The position numbers and the translations under genes were made by a program. The notes under the pieces were generated by a model. That model saw nothing but the letters and a program-made list of their open reading frames with translations, had not been told where the DNA came from and ran no database searches. A stretch of 64,000 nt of DNA from Prorocentrum cordatum (Eukaryota), in assembly GCA_963575745.1 (NCBI GenBank), contig CAUYUJ010000001.1, positions 3,286,001 to 3,350,000 of the forward strand, in the 5' to 3' direction. Shown here piece by piece: positions 38,191 to 50,244 of the stretch. Every line of letters starts with the position of its first letter. Within the stretch, counting starts at the first letter, position 1.

Positions 38191-39200
38191 AAACCAATTC
38201 TTTCGTTCGGCAATGCTTGGCGGGAAAAATCGGCCCCCGCCAGCCTCGGCCCTCCTGGCAGTTCGCGCGCGCGCCAACTGCTTGCAGTAGTTAGCATCAG
38301 CGCGCTACTTGGCACTGCAGTCGCGCGGCGCATGCGCGCGCCGCGCGAGCTACGTGCATGCAGCGACGCCTTCGTGAATGGATGTCGAGAGCTCTGGGTG
38401 CTCGTGGGGGCCCCGTGAAGACATGGCTTTGTTAGCTCTTGGCTTTTTCGTTTTTTTCGCCTCCAGCGCGTTGCATTGCATCGCGTGACCTCGAGGCCCA
38501 AAGGGGCCAGGTTGCCGGACAACGGTTCCTGCATTTTGGCCGCAGCATTGCATCGTCATGGCCGTGGCCATTGCCTCAAGACATGTTTTTGGTTACCTAC
38601 GCGGTTTTAAAACGAGTTTCGCCATGGTGCCCAACTCCTTGGGGCATGAATCTAGCGGCGGCCCCCATGGGGCCCGCGCCTGGGGCGCGTCTTCTCGAGG
38701 CAGGGCGCGCGCCAGTCAAACGCGCTGCGCGGCCTCGACGCGTTCCGCGTTCAAGCCCGCGCGGACGAGCCGATGCCAGCAACGCCCAGCTGCAATTCGC
38801 GCTTGTCGTGGGCAGTCGACCAGGCTTGGCGCCCCCTGCTTGCCAGAACTTCAAGGAGCACCTCGCCGAGGTTGCTCGAGCTATCCTCGACCAAGGGTGG
38901 GGGGAATTTACGAGACTTGCCTATGTGAGATCTTTGCGGGTTCATGTCAACGGAGTCGAGAAGCAAGTTGAACGCTCTCTCACCGTTTGACTCCACGGAT
39001 AAGTTGGATTTCTTTTCGCAACGATGGACGGCGTGACTTGGCATGCCATCCAGTTCAGCAAATGTGCTGTCAAGGCTTGGCGCCCCCGCCGCAGCGCGCA
39101 TTCCGCGTTCGGCGCTTGCGTGGGCGATCGGGCTCGGCATGTTTGGCGCGGGCTCAAGTAGCGCGCCGATCTCGGCGCGCGCGGGAAGCTAGCAATCAAC

Positions 39201-39700
39201 ATGGGCGAATTGGCAACTTTTGTCCAATCCAGGAAAAAAGGTGGCACTGCTGCCGGTCTTCGCGACGCTGCCATGGGCGTGTTTTGTTTGTTCGGCACCC
39301 GGCGGGCGTCGAAGAACGACCATTGTGGATTTGGTCAGTGCCCTGCTACACGTGGAATCAAACCCGCGGCGATTATCAGCGGCGGTCGAGAATCCGCGCA
39401 ACTCTCGCCGGGGGCGCAGGGCTTTTTTTTGCTCAGCAGGAGGTGTCTCAAAACCGATATCGGCGGACCCCCGGCGTAAAACAATACGATCTTCTTTCCC
39501 AGGCCCATCTACGAGGACCCACACCTCCCGGAGAAGGGGCGCCGAATGGCGCGCGCATTTTGCAGACATGTTTTCGCTTGTCATCCAAGCCCAAGGGGGC
39601 TGGAAGTCTGCCGACGCCATCATGTCTAGCGTGCGCGCCAACACTTCGGCAAGCGTCATGCAGGCTAAATTCTTGACGGCTTTTGCAGAGGGCGCGAAGA
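39201..39700 (+). pseudogene. Tyrosine recombinase relic
   Basis: GLRDAAMGVFCLFGTRRAS (box I), SKNDHCGFG (SKTD-like), then in another frame THTSRRRGA..IQAQGGWKSADAIMSSVR (box II; the expected catalytic Tyr is not intact). Confidence 0.7.
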
Positions 39701-40050
39701 GAACCCCAGTGTCGCACCCGCCCTCTAGATCCGAGTCCGCAGGGCATCTTGCCCCCGACCACGAGCGCTTCGAACAGCTACTTTGCAAGAGCGCAGATTT
39801 GGACGACAGCGAAGTGTGGGAGGATGATGAGAGAAAGAGCGCGTGATATAATTACAAAGTATAGATAGTTGTAGATTTGTCGCGGAAAAGCAAGCGGTCC
39901 GTTGCAATGCGCGCCGCGGACGCTTTCAGCTTTGATCGGGGCGATGCGAGAGGTGTTCTTGTTCGCAGCACCTCTTCCTTGAGGCTTGAGATGTTGGTTG
40001 CCCGCCGATGCTGGGGTAGAGCGTTTGCTTGCGTTGCGTAAACTAACCAA

Positions 40051-40231
40051 CTGGGTAGTCGAAGGCCAGACTGTCAGATTGGATTGGGCCCCAAGGGCCA
40101 ATCTGGCTTGGCCAATCTGGATGATTTGGGTTAGTCGCCAGACTGGATTCGCGTTGGCTCCCTCGCCAGATTGCCCCCGTTTGCCAGATTGGGCCTGCCA
40201 GATTGGCGCCAGATTGGCTTCGACTATCCAG
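40051..40231. mobile_element. MITE, 181 bp, 14-bp TIR, 5-bp TSD ACCAA
   Basis: CTGGGTAGTCGAAG ... CTTCGACTATCCAG (1 mismatch). ACCAA at 40046-40050 and 40232-40236. Many internal GCCAGATT/CAATCTGG motifs. Confidence 0.85.
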
Positions 40232-41602
40232 ACCAAATTACAGGTGGGTGTAGCCTTTTTTTTTTGTTTGTAAAATTGCGATCTACAGCTGCGTGGGCGC
40301 GTGCATAGTGACCCTGTTGGGGCCTAGATTGGCGCAGGCGGCCACGCTTTGCATTTGTGTTGCGGCGTGTGGTTTGGGGAGTCACGCCCCCGCGCTGCCA
40401 GTGGGCCTATCGGTCGCCCTGTTTGGGGGTGGCCGATGGACCTCATGGCCCCCCCTCCCACAACGTGAGCCTTGGGTTTGCGTTTTTTCGCCTCCCAGTC
40501 CGCCCAACAGCTGGTTCGCCCGCCCTCCCACCGCCATTCCGTCTTCGACTCGCTCTCACGAGGTGATCACCAGCGTGGAATGTGTCGTGTTTTTTTTTGG
40601 GGGGGTCCTCTTCTTGGATATCTGAGATGAGGTCTAAAATGTCGGTTGCCCCCCTCGATGTTGTTTGTGTTGCAGCGTAGATCGTTTCGTGCACCATTCG
40701 GAGTTCACGGAAGCCCCCATTGGCACCATCCGCGTGCGTGTCAATATCCCAACTTGACATTTTCACCCAAACATTACAAGTTTCGGTCCCATAGGCCAGT
40801 GGCGGCTTCAGTGCTGCCCGCATGCGCTCCCCCTACCCAGTGCGGCGCTTCGCTGCCCCAAATGTGGAGCTTCACATAAAACATTTTCGCGGTGCTGCAA
40901 ATGGCCCGGTCCCCTTCGATCGGAGAAGAGGGCGGAGACGGCGGCGGCTGTGGCGGGATGTGAGTTTTTTTCGGCACATGGGGTCAGCAAGCGAAAAGAT
41001 ATAGTTCCAACATTTACACGAGAAAAATGATTGTCATCGTGGATACGACATCATGATGGTCAACAACGGTATGCGGGGGCATGCGATCTTACACAAGCGT
41101 GCTGACCTGCTCGCCCGTTTGGTTGAGCTGGCACAAGCGTGCCCCGTCGACGAGCTGACGAGCTGTCGATCGTCGGGGCCACACCAAGAATCGTAGTTTG
41201 ACGTTGCCTGCGTTCCAATAGTATTCGATAAATGATCACATGTGTTATTGTGTCTGCGTTGTCGGCGGCGTCCGTATTCATTTGTTTCTTGTTTATCTTT
41301 GCTGTGGACAGAAGTTTTCTTCCTTCAACGATCAAGTATTTTTTTTCCTGCACCCCGGCCTCGGACCAGGACGTGCCAAGGAACGCTCGAAAACAGAGCG
41401 CGGGTGAAAAGGCCGGCGCCACAAGCGATTTAAGCTAAGCAGCGTCGGGGGAGGAGGAGGAGGAGGAGGAGGAGGAGGAGGAGGAGGAGGAGGAGGAGTG
41501 GGGAGGCCGCAAGGGCAGCCTATCTGGCGAATCAAATTCTATCTAATTCCGCCAGCCCGGGTGGAGGTTCCAGCAATGTTCTGGGCAGATCCCCGTGCGC
41601 GT

Positions 41603-41990
41603 TCAAAGTGGACGTCGCCACCGCTTTTTGCAGCGCGATCCGAGAACACCTGCCCAGCGTTGTTGATACCCTAAAGCTATGCCGCGGCGGATATGCGGAT
41701 GGATCCCTCTTCTGCGCCCCCTAGATAGTTTTGGTATCAATTCGATTGCCTGTTCTCCCCGCCTCCCGTAGACCTCAGCACCCAAACGCAAAAGGCACCC
41801 CAGTCCACTTGTAGTAACTATTGCGTAATCGGAGTTGTTCTTCTTACGAGCTTGCTCGAATAAGCGCCCCCCCAACATTGCTTGTTCCTGGTCTGGGCAG
41901 CCGATTGCCCAATGTTGGTGATAGTACCGTAATGTCGCAGAACAGTGGAACCTTCAGCCACGGCGATGATCATCTGGGTTCACAGGCAAA
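41603..41990 (-). pseudogene. 3' relic of a non-LTR retrotransposon with restriction-like endonuclease (CRE/R2-group-like)
   Basis: PLFCDITVLSP..RPG..[frameshift]..EQARKKNNSDY..LGAEVYGRRG..YQQRWAGVL fits the D..K..Y..ExxG layout of RLE domains. Confidence 0.55.
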
Positions 41991-43776
41991 TGAGTAAGCT
42001 AGAAATGCATCGACTGGCGAAGCAATCATATTCTCTTGTGGTGGACTTTTTCCCGTAACATGGTTATTAATCTGACCGTCAACTGGCACTGATTTTTACA
42101 AACACGGAATTATTCTGTGCGGTGCGTAGACGGCTGGGAATGGCTGTGGCATGAGACGGACCAGACCTAAGGTCATGCCGCATTCTCCGTTGTGCTAGTG
42201 CCAGTAGTCGTGAGAGGCGGGCGAAAGCTTGCCGTTCGAGTACGTCAGAAGCATGAAATTACAATCCATGTTGCCATTCCCCCCAGAATTTGATAGTGTT
42301 GCGGACGTTCTGGGGAGTGTGCCCCGGCAGCAAATTCAACCCAACACGGTTGTTCATTCCATCCGGTGGCATCGCATAATCTTCCGGCATTTTTTTGTGC
42401 CACCAGGGACGGTGGGTCCATTAGGTTTTGTTGTTGACGCCGATAAGGCGTGTTGTATGTTTGCACCATATAGTGTGTATGTTTGCACCATGCGTCGGGA
42501 ATCTAAGCAGTAGTCTTGTGAGTACGTCTGCCCAACGCGCTCAATATGCAGCATTTGATGTCCGTTGTGCGTTCCGTGAGCCCACGCGCCTGAAAGATTG
42601 AGAGGAGGACTCTGCAAAGAAGAATCGCAGTCCATTGGATTAGGTGGAATTGCGCACTAGTACAATAAGAGCCACTGTCTGTAATGAGGGGAGCTTCGTG
42701 ATTAATGATGGTAGCCTCTCTTGCTAGGCAGTTTGGTTTCAAAAACTTGCACGTACTCTGCAGACCCGAACGGTGTACCCAAGAATTTCATACGGTTATT
42801 CGAACGCTACGTCGTATTTCCAACCTCCCGGTGCCGCGGCTGCGAAATCCGCTCGGCGAGTTCCAATATGTATGCGTTCATTTGCCGCGTATATGTCATT
42901 CAAATACGATATGATATCAAACGCAGGTAGACGCACCCGGATACTTTCCAGAGCCATGTATAAACTAAGGCAAAACAGTCCCCGCATCAGTGTGCATCAC
43001 CTTGGTCTTCGCCGTTTGGATCCCGCCATTGCACTGATCAGGCAGAAAATGTTCAAACATTCTAGCCTGTTTAATGTGGTCGAAAGTCTTATATCGCCCA
43101 CGATTTCTGCAAAGGGCACATCCACACCAAATATCGACAGAGGGTGAATACCAGCATTTGTGTCGCTCCTGTCTGCGATGCCGAAATTACGTATCCAACA
43201 ACTTTAAGATTGCAATGCTGCTCCAAGGCAAAGGGGCCCCCCTGGGGATTTTCTCGAGAAGTTCAAAAAAGTTCCGTTTAAGTTCCGGGAAAGTTCGGGG
43301 TTTGTATTATTATTCTTATTTATAGATTTAATTCCTTCTCTACAAAAGCAATGGCAGAGTAACGCATGTATATACATTCGTACGAAACAGACGGTTATAA
43401 TTGTATATATTATTGTATTTTTTGCCCCGCTTAAGAAACTTAGCTTATTTGTGTCATTTAGAATATTCAAATGATACCATTTCGTTGTTGTCTGTATTAG
43501 AAAATCATTGAATATTTTTGTTTTTGAATGAAATGGTGGAGAAATCATATGTTGTTACATCGCAGATCCCACGCGTTTCGTGGCCCCATATGGACCTCCA
43601 CCCAAGGCCCCAGCGGGCGCGCCGCGCCGTGCAGCGCGCCACCCTATACCGAGAGATTGCTTACATATACGAGCGGATTCAGCGAACACGTCCAGCTCGT
43701 CTTCTCGCACTTCGAAGACGCTTCCCGTCGTCCGCCAACGCCCGTCCGAGTTGCAGCCTGGAACCCCTATCTATCG

Positions 43777-43850
43777 ATATATATATATATATATATATAA
43801 TATATATATATATTTATATATCTATATATATATATATATTATATATATAC
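43777..43850. repeat. (AT)n microsatellite
   Basis: Direct observation. Confidence 0.95.
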
Positions 43851-44109
43851 AAGACTGCATTGGCGCTGCGCGCCATGCACCTTGGTCCTTTGGAATTCGC
43901 ACGCTAGCGGAGTGCGAGCGTGCGTACATGCGCACACACATGCGTCTATGAATGCATAGTACATATGTGCATATATTATACGTTTGTATGGATATGTACA
44001 TGCATATGCAATTGTCAATATAACTATGTGCGCGCATACGCATGCGTATATCAAGTGGTGGTGGCCTGACCAGTTGCTCATATCATCGCGCCACCCAAAG
44101 GCGCGAGGG

Positions 44110-44515
44110 TCCCAGGCAAACGTGGTCAGACGACCATGGGACAATGCGTCGCCGAGGTCAGTATTGCGAGGACGTCCCGGGTGAAAATGGCTTGAACACC
44201 TCCGCTCAGGGGAGGGCATATCCGAAGTCAGCCGTGCGAGGAAGTTTCAAGCGAGGAGTGGTCTGAACACTTCTGCCCAGGGCATCCTTGAACGTAGAGT
44301 TGCGAGAAGTCGCACGCGAAAGTGGCCGAACCACCATGGTGCAAGGCACCTCCGAAGTGAGACTTGCGAGAGTGTCTCAGGCGACAGTGGCTGGAACACC
44401 TCATCTGAGAGTGTTTCGGGCCCCAGAGCTGCGATGATGTCTCAAACGAAAACGGCGGGACCGATGCGAAGCAAGGCGCTTCTGATGTCGGAGTTGCGAG
44501 CACATCTCTGGCGAA
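44110..44515. repeat. Highly degenerate ~66-bp tandem repeat, about 6 copies
   Basis: TGCGA(G) anchor at ~44165, 44235, 44301, 44365, 44430 and 44495 with recurring AGTGG..GAACAC. Confidence 0.65.
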
Positions 44516-44994
44516 GCGGATTAGATTATTTTCCGTTATATCATCTTCCTCCTTCCGTTGTTCCGTTCCTCCTCTTCCTCCTCCCCCCCCTCCTCCTCCT
44601 CCTCCTCTTGTTCCTCCCCCTTTTTTTTTGTTTTTTTTTTTTTTTTTGTTTTACCCCCTTTTCCATTTTTTTTTACATTCTCCTCGCCCCTGGCGGCGCG
44701 GCGCGGCGCCCGGCCTCTCTGCGAGTCAAGCGGCAAAGGGTAAGAGAACCTCACCCGAATGAGGAGCGGTTTTTCCCAAGCCGCCAAGGGGGCCCGAAGG
44801 TAGTGCAAGAGGCGGTGCAGGTTTTGAAATCTCCCAGGGGCTCCTCGGATTCGGCCGGCTTTCTCCGGCAAGGTAGGCAAGGGCGCCAACGACGCGCCCG
44901 GATGAGATGGCGTCGTGGCCCCGACGGTTTGCGCTGAGTGTTGCGAGAAACTCAGTCGAGGCGGGAGGAGGAACATGAAGAGGATGAGGAGAAG

Positions 44995-45035
<41 letters not shown>

Positions 45036-45369
45036 TGAAGAGGACAGATTACGTGGATATCAGGGGCGCAGCCGAAGTGTCGCGGAAGAAATCCGCAGCA
45101 GAGACTTGGGAGAGTGAGGGGAGCTGCTTCTGCTAGACCTTCGGCGAGGCGGAACGTGAATAACCGCGGTGACTTAGGAGAAGGAGGGGGGGGGAGGGGG
45201 TAGAGGAGGAAGAGAATGAGGAAGAGGAGGAGGAGCTCTTGGGCCTTTCGGCGGTTTGAACGAAGAATGGCCTCGCTGCGCCATTTGATGCGACAACGAC
45301 GACGACGACGAAGGCGACGACAAAGAGAAGGGCAAATGAGAGGTGGGGACCGCTGTGTTGGATCTCGTG

Positions 45370-46065
45370 GCGCGCCTCTCAGGGCCCTCTGGGAGGCAGT
45401 TTTGAAACTTCTTAGGTGTGCTTTGGGGTTCTTGGGATCTTTTTGCGGCCTCTTGGGGGCCTATTGGGGGCTTTTTGGGGCCTCTTGGGGGCCTCTTGGG
45501 GCCTCGTTGGGCTCTCTCCGGGCGTCTTGGGGCCCTATCGCGGCGGAAAATTTAGTTTTTGAATTTTTGGGCGCCCTCTTGGGTCTCTCTTGGGGCTGTC
45601 ATGGTGCTCTCTTGGGCCGTCTTGGGCGCCTCCTGGGCGGTCTCGGAGCCCTCCTGGACCGTGTTGGGGCCTTTTCGGAGGCTTCTTGGACAGTGTTGCG
45701 GCGATCTAGGGAGCCTCTTGGACCATTGTGGAGCGTCGGGAAGCGGGGGAAGCGATAATGCCAAAAACATAGAAAAACGTTCACGAAAATCAGCAACTGT
45801 AGCCTCTCAGGGATCTCTTGGGGGGCCTCTCGGGGGTCTTTGGGGGCGTCTTGGGACCGTCTTGGGCAGTCTTGGGCCCAGATTGGGCGTCCTGGGCCGA
45901 TCTTTGGGTGTCTCGGGGCCCTCTTTGGCCGTAGTGTTTTTTTTTTTTTTTGCAGGACAGACACGGCGCACTCTGCACGAGCGCCCCGAAGGCTCGGGGA
46001 GGCCGAAATTCGTTTGGGGAAGGGGCGCCGCGTGCCGCTTTTCCGGGGTCACCGGCCGTGCAAAA
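45370..46065. mobile_element. TCTTGG-rich interspersed repeat
   Basis: Same core as the other blocks. Confidence 0.6.
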
Positions 46066-46497
46066 ATATAAATAGGAATATAGGTTAGGTTTTTCCTTAA
46101 GGAAAAAGGTCCACGTGGCTCGTTTCTCGCGCGCGCTTCCCGTTGACCCTAGTCCCAAGACCTATCGACCCTAGACTCGATGCCCGAGACCCAGACCTTG
46201 GGATGGAGATTGGAGACCCCAGGCCCTGCTTCAGACGCTGGACCCGAGACCTGCTAGACCTAGACCATATACCCCAGACCCTGGGCCATAGGATCCTAAG
46301 CGTTAGACCCGAGGCGGTGAACCCCAGGGACCCTAGACCGTCGACCTCAGACATTGGAACGTACATTTCCGGAATGCGCCCCGCGAGGCGCCGCCAGGGA
46401 ACCTGGCGCCCAGGGGCGCCCCGGGCAATGGGAGCGCCCCGCAAGAACCTCCCCGGGTACGGCGAATTTGCCTTAGCTGTTTGTTGGGCGTTCCCGG

Positions 46498-46500
<3 letters not shown>

Positions 46501-46577
<77 letters not shown>

Positions 46578-46630
46578 TTTTTTTTTCTACATGTTTTTTT
46601 TTTTTGTTTTTTTTGTTTTGTTTGTTTTTG
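46501..46630. repeat. Poly(T) tract
   Basis: About 76 uninterrupted T followed by a T-rich tail. Confidence 0.95.
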
Positions 46631-46814
46631 GAATTCCGTTGTCTATTTCACTGTTATGGCGCATGTGATTGGGATTATTCTTGAATGTTCCTTGAATTAA
46701 TTGTTTTGAATTATTTCGAACTTGTTTTTCTTCTCTTGGAGTTTTTTTTTGTGAACTTTTAATTTTTTTGAACTTCAATTTGAATTAAATTGGATTTTTT
46801 GTATTTGTTTTAAA

Positions 46815-47802
46815 ATTGTTGTCGCTTCGCGAATCCCCACCAGCCCATCCAGAAACGATGCCCAGAGGAATTGCCTCGATCAGAGAAGTGGGCAGCACAC
46901 AGAGGAAGCCATTATGAGACATCTTGGGATATCTTGAGCCATCTTGGAGGTCATTTTGGGCTCTCCCAGACGCTCTTGGAGTCATCTTAATCCGTGCCCC
47001 CCCCCAAGAGGCCTCCATGTGGCTAAAACCTGTGTAGAATCAATGATTAGGCATTCTCGCCGAGGCCTCTTGGAGCATCTTGGGTGCATCTGGGGGGGCT
47101 CTTGGGGCCTCTTGGGGGTCTCTTGGGGGCCTCCGGGGGGCCTCTTGGGGGCCTCTTGGGGCCATTTTGGGGCCATGTTGGGACCTCTTGGGGCTTCCTG
47201 GGCGCTTCTTGGGGCCATCTTGGAGGGAGTCGATCAAACAAGAGGGGGGGGTGAATTAGCGCCCCCCCTCGGAAGCCCCTAAAATCGCCTCTTGGACCCC
47301 TCTTGGAACGCTCTTGGAGTGCTCTTGGGCGCTCTTGGGGCCGTCTTGGGGCTCTTTTGGGGCTCTCTTGGGGCCCTCTTGGGCCATCTTGGAGCCATCT
47401 CCAGGCCTCGGATGGCCATCGGAAGCGAAAAGGCGAGAAAGCAAAAATCATTGATTTTCCTTAGGTTTTGGGACGATTTTGGCCTCTTCGGGGCCTCCTT
47501 GGGGAGCTGTTTGGCCACTTGGAGTTATCTTGGGGCCGTCTTTGGGCTTCTTGGAACCATCTTAGGAGCCATCGTGAGCGATCTTGCGCTATCTTGAGCC
47601 ATCTTGGAGCTCATCTTGGGTTCTCTGAGGCGCTCTTGGAGCCGTCTTGGGCCATCTTGGACGCTCTAACTACCCGCGGCCCCCCCCGTCCAGGTCCAGG
47701 GGAGGGGGTAGGGGGAGGGGTAAACCCCTCCCCAAGGGGGAAGAGGGAGGGGTGGAAGAGGATCTGCTCTAGACCACCTACGCCCAGAGGGCTGGTGGGA
47801 TT
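46815..47802 (-). mobile_element. CCCACCAGCCC family element, copy A
   Basis: Begins CGCTTCGCGAATCCCCACCAGCCCATC and ends GGGCTGGTGGGATT. Confidence 0.8.
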
Positions 47803-48672
47803 TAATGTTTTCTTCATATTTATTTGAACGTGTTCTGGAAGGTTTTTTAGAACTTTTCACTGATTTTTTTGAATTTCATTTTGAATAGCGGTGGTAAACG
47901 GCGGGTGTCCAGATTTCGCCGCGGAATGTCAAAACCCCGCCGGCGGGGAGCCTTTCGCGGTTGCTTTTTTGCAGGGCAGGGTCTTGCGGGGGAGTGTGAT
48001 TCCCGCGGCGTGCGGCAGGGCCCCGGCCTTGTGCCGCGCAGTTTCAATTGCGGCGTGGTTTTCGCGCATATGACATAGGGTCCGGGGAACGGCGCCTAGG
48101 GCCCACGGGCCAGGGCGGCCAGGGGTCTCAGGTTTGGTTTAGCACCCAGGACCTCAGGCCTGCAGCCTCTGGCGTACGGCATCGATGTCACGGGGAAGGA
48201 ATTTATCCCTTGGCCCATGGGTCCAGGCCATGGGTCCGAAGGCTCCGAACCGTTAGCCCAGGGTCTAGGGTTTGGGGGCTGAGGCGGGAAGTCCAAGCTT
48301 CAGCGGTTTGGGGCCTTGGGTATGGTTTGGGTTTCAGGGCCTTGGCCCTATTGCCTCGGTGTTCAGGCGTCGTGGCTCAGGTTTATTCTGTGGGGTTTGT
48401 GCCCAAGAGCTTCGGCGGTAGGCCTCGATTGAGGCTTAGTGCTCAGGGCCCAGGTCTGCGGTGTAGGGTTTTGGGCAGAAGGCGTAGACATTCAATGCGT
48501 TGTATAGGTCAAGTAATACGCATGAGATAGTGCCGTTCGTTAGGGAAACGGGTATTGCCAACGAGCAGTGGTTATACTATCGCGTATGCGTTTCATTGGG
48601 GTTTGGGCGGACGGTGACGACAATACTCCAGCCATTATACGAATGAGAAGCATTTCCTGCCGCAACCCGAAA

Positions 48673-48703
<31 letters not shown>

Positions 48704-48707
48704 TCTC

Positions 48708-48745
<38 letters not shown>
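48673..48745. repeat. (TAT)n microsatellite
   Basis: Direct observation. Confidence 0.95.
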
Positions 48746-48747
<2 letters not shown>

Positions 48748-48765
48748 TGCCGGCCCTTTCCAGGT

Positions 48766-50244
48766 AATCCCACCAGCCCTTTGAACGTCGGTGGTTTAGA
48801 GCGTTTCCCCTTCCACCCTTTTTTCCGCTTCGATGAGGGGTTTACACTTCCTTTTACCCCTTCCCCACTGACTCGGACAAGGGATTTTGCGGTGTGCTGG
48901 AGCGCCGAAAATGGACCCTTCGGAAGGCTGAAATTCTGCACTTTTCGCGTATCCCCACCAGCCCATCTCAAAACATTAACTCTAGGAAAGCATGCCGATA
49001 GTCGTGTTTTTCCGACGTGTTTCCGATTACCCTCGCATATCTCCCCTGTTCTTGTTTCCTCCCGCGTCCTTGCACATCCTCCTTGTGGTGGAAACGAGAG
49101 ACGGACGAGGCGGAGGAGGAGGGAGAGAAGGCGCTCTTCGCGGTTTGAATCGTTCGGGCTTCTCGTCCTGGTGTGAATCGTTCGGGCCCTTCCTGGTGTG
49201 AGTCGTTCGGGCTCTTCGTGGTGTAAGTCGTTCGGGCTCTTCGTCTTGGTGTGAATCGTTCGGGCTTCTCGTGGTGTGAATTGTTCGGGCCTCCCGTCCT
49301 GGTGTGAGTCGTTCGGGCCCCTCCCTCTTCTTGCTCGTCCAGAAACGACGCCCAGGCGAGTAGAGGGTCGTCCTGATGGGCTTTTCGGCGTCTTGGGTGC
49401 CTCGGGGGGCCTCTTTGGGCCGTTTGGGATCCTCTTGATGGCTTCCTGTGGTCATCTTGGGGCCATTTTGGGGCCTCTTGGTACCTCCAGGGCGTTTTTT
49501 GTGGCCATCTTGGAGGAAATCGATCAAAGAAGAGGGGAGCTTTAATTAGCGCTGCGTTCTTCAGAAGGCCAAAACCTTAATAAAATAAATGATAATGGCT
49601 CGCCCCCTTTAGTTAGCGCTGCCCCCTTTAGAAAGCTAAAATGAAGCCAAAACCGTAGAACAATTAATGATTTTGGCTTCCAAGAAGAGGGGGGCATTTT
49701 TCTGTCTCCACCTGTCGGGGCCAGAATCCTCGTGAGAAGTGTCGTTTTTTCTAACCCTCTCAATAGTCGGAACAAAAACCTCTCCAATGATCCGCGGGAC
49801 GCGCTCTCCAGGCCCAGGGGGAGCGGGTAGGGAGAGGGGTGAACCCTTCCCGAAGGGGAAGAAGGGGGCTTGAGAATAGAGAGAGCTCTCTAAACCACTC
49901 ACACACCAAGAGCTGGTGGGATTTGACAGCTCTCACAAGGATCGTGGCTCCTGGGGGGGTGCGCTCATTAAGGAACCTCTCTTCTTTGTTCGATTTCCTC
50001 TACGATGGCCGCAAGAGGCCCCGAGGATGCCCTAAGAGGCCGCAGGATGGCCCCAAGATGACCCCAAGAGGCTCTCGCCCCAAGAAATCTCTCAGAGGCT
50101 CCCAAGGTGCTCCCAAAGGCCCTAAGATTGCCCCAAGAGGGCCCCAGGAGGCCTCACAGAGGATCCCGAACGGCCCACACATGCTCTCCCGCCTGGGCGT
50201 TGTTTCTGTACGGGTTGGTGGAGATGCGCGTAGCGTCTAGAATT
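48766..50244 (+). mobile_element. CCCACCAGCCC family copy B (48766-48932 + 49924-50244), split by copy C
   Basis: Joining the halves (..GCTGAAATT|GACAGCTCTCACAAGGATCGTGGCTCC..) restores collinearity with copy D (..GCTAAAATTGAACACCTCTCACGAGGATCGTGGCTCC..). Confidence 0.8.
48933..49923 (-). mobile_element. CCCACCAGCCC family copy C, nested and inverted, with internal ~28-bp tandem repeat
   Basis: Reverse complement is collinear with copy E. Tandem GTGTGAGTCGTTCGGGC units at ~49145-49320. Confidence 0.82.

Larger units (their letters stand above)
33267..40509 (+). mobile_element. Decayed tyrosine-recombinase (DIRS-order) retrotransposon with ~200-bp direct terminal repeats
   Basis: Direct repeats 33267-33467 and 40306-40509 enclose RT, RNase H, methyltransferase, zinc-finger and recombinase relics on the + strand. 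Confidence 0.75.

Noticed and set aside
46933..46950. Dinoflagellate spliced-leader relic (CTTGAGCCA..)
   Set aside because: Only ~9 nt match and it is part of the TCTTGG repeat core.
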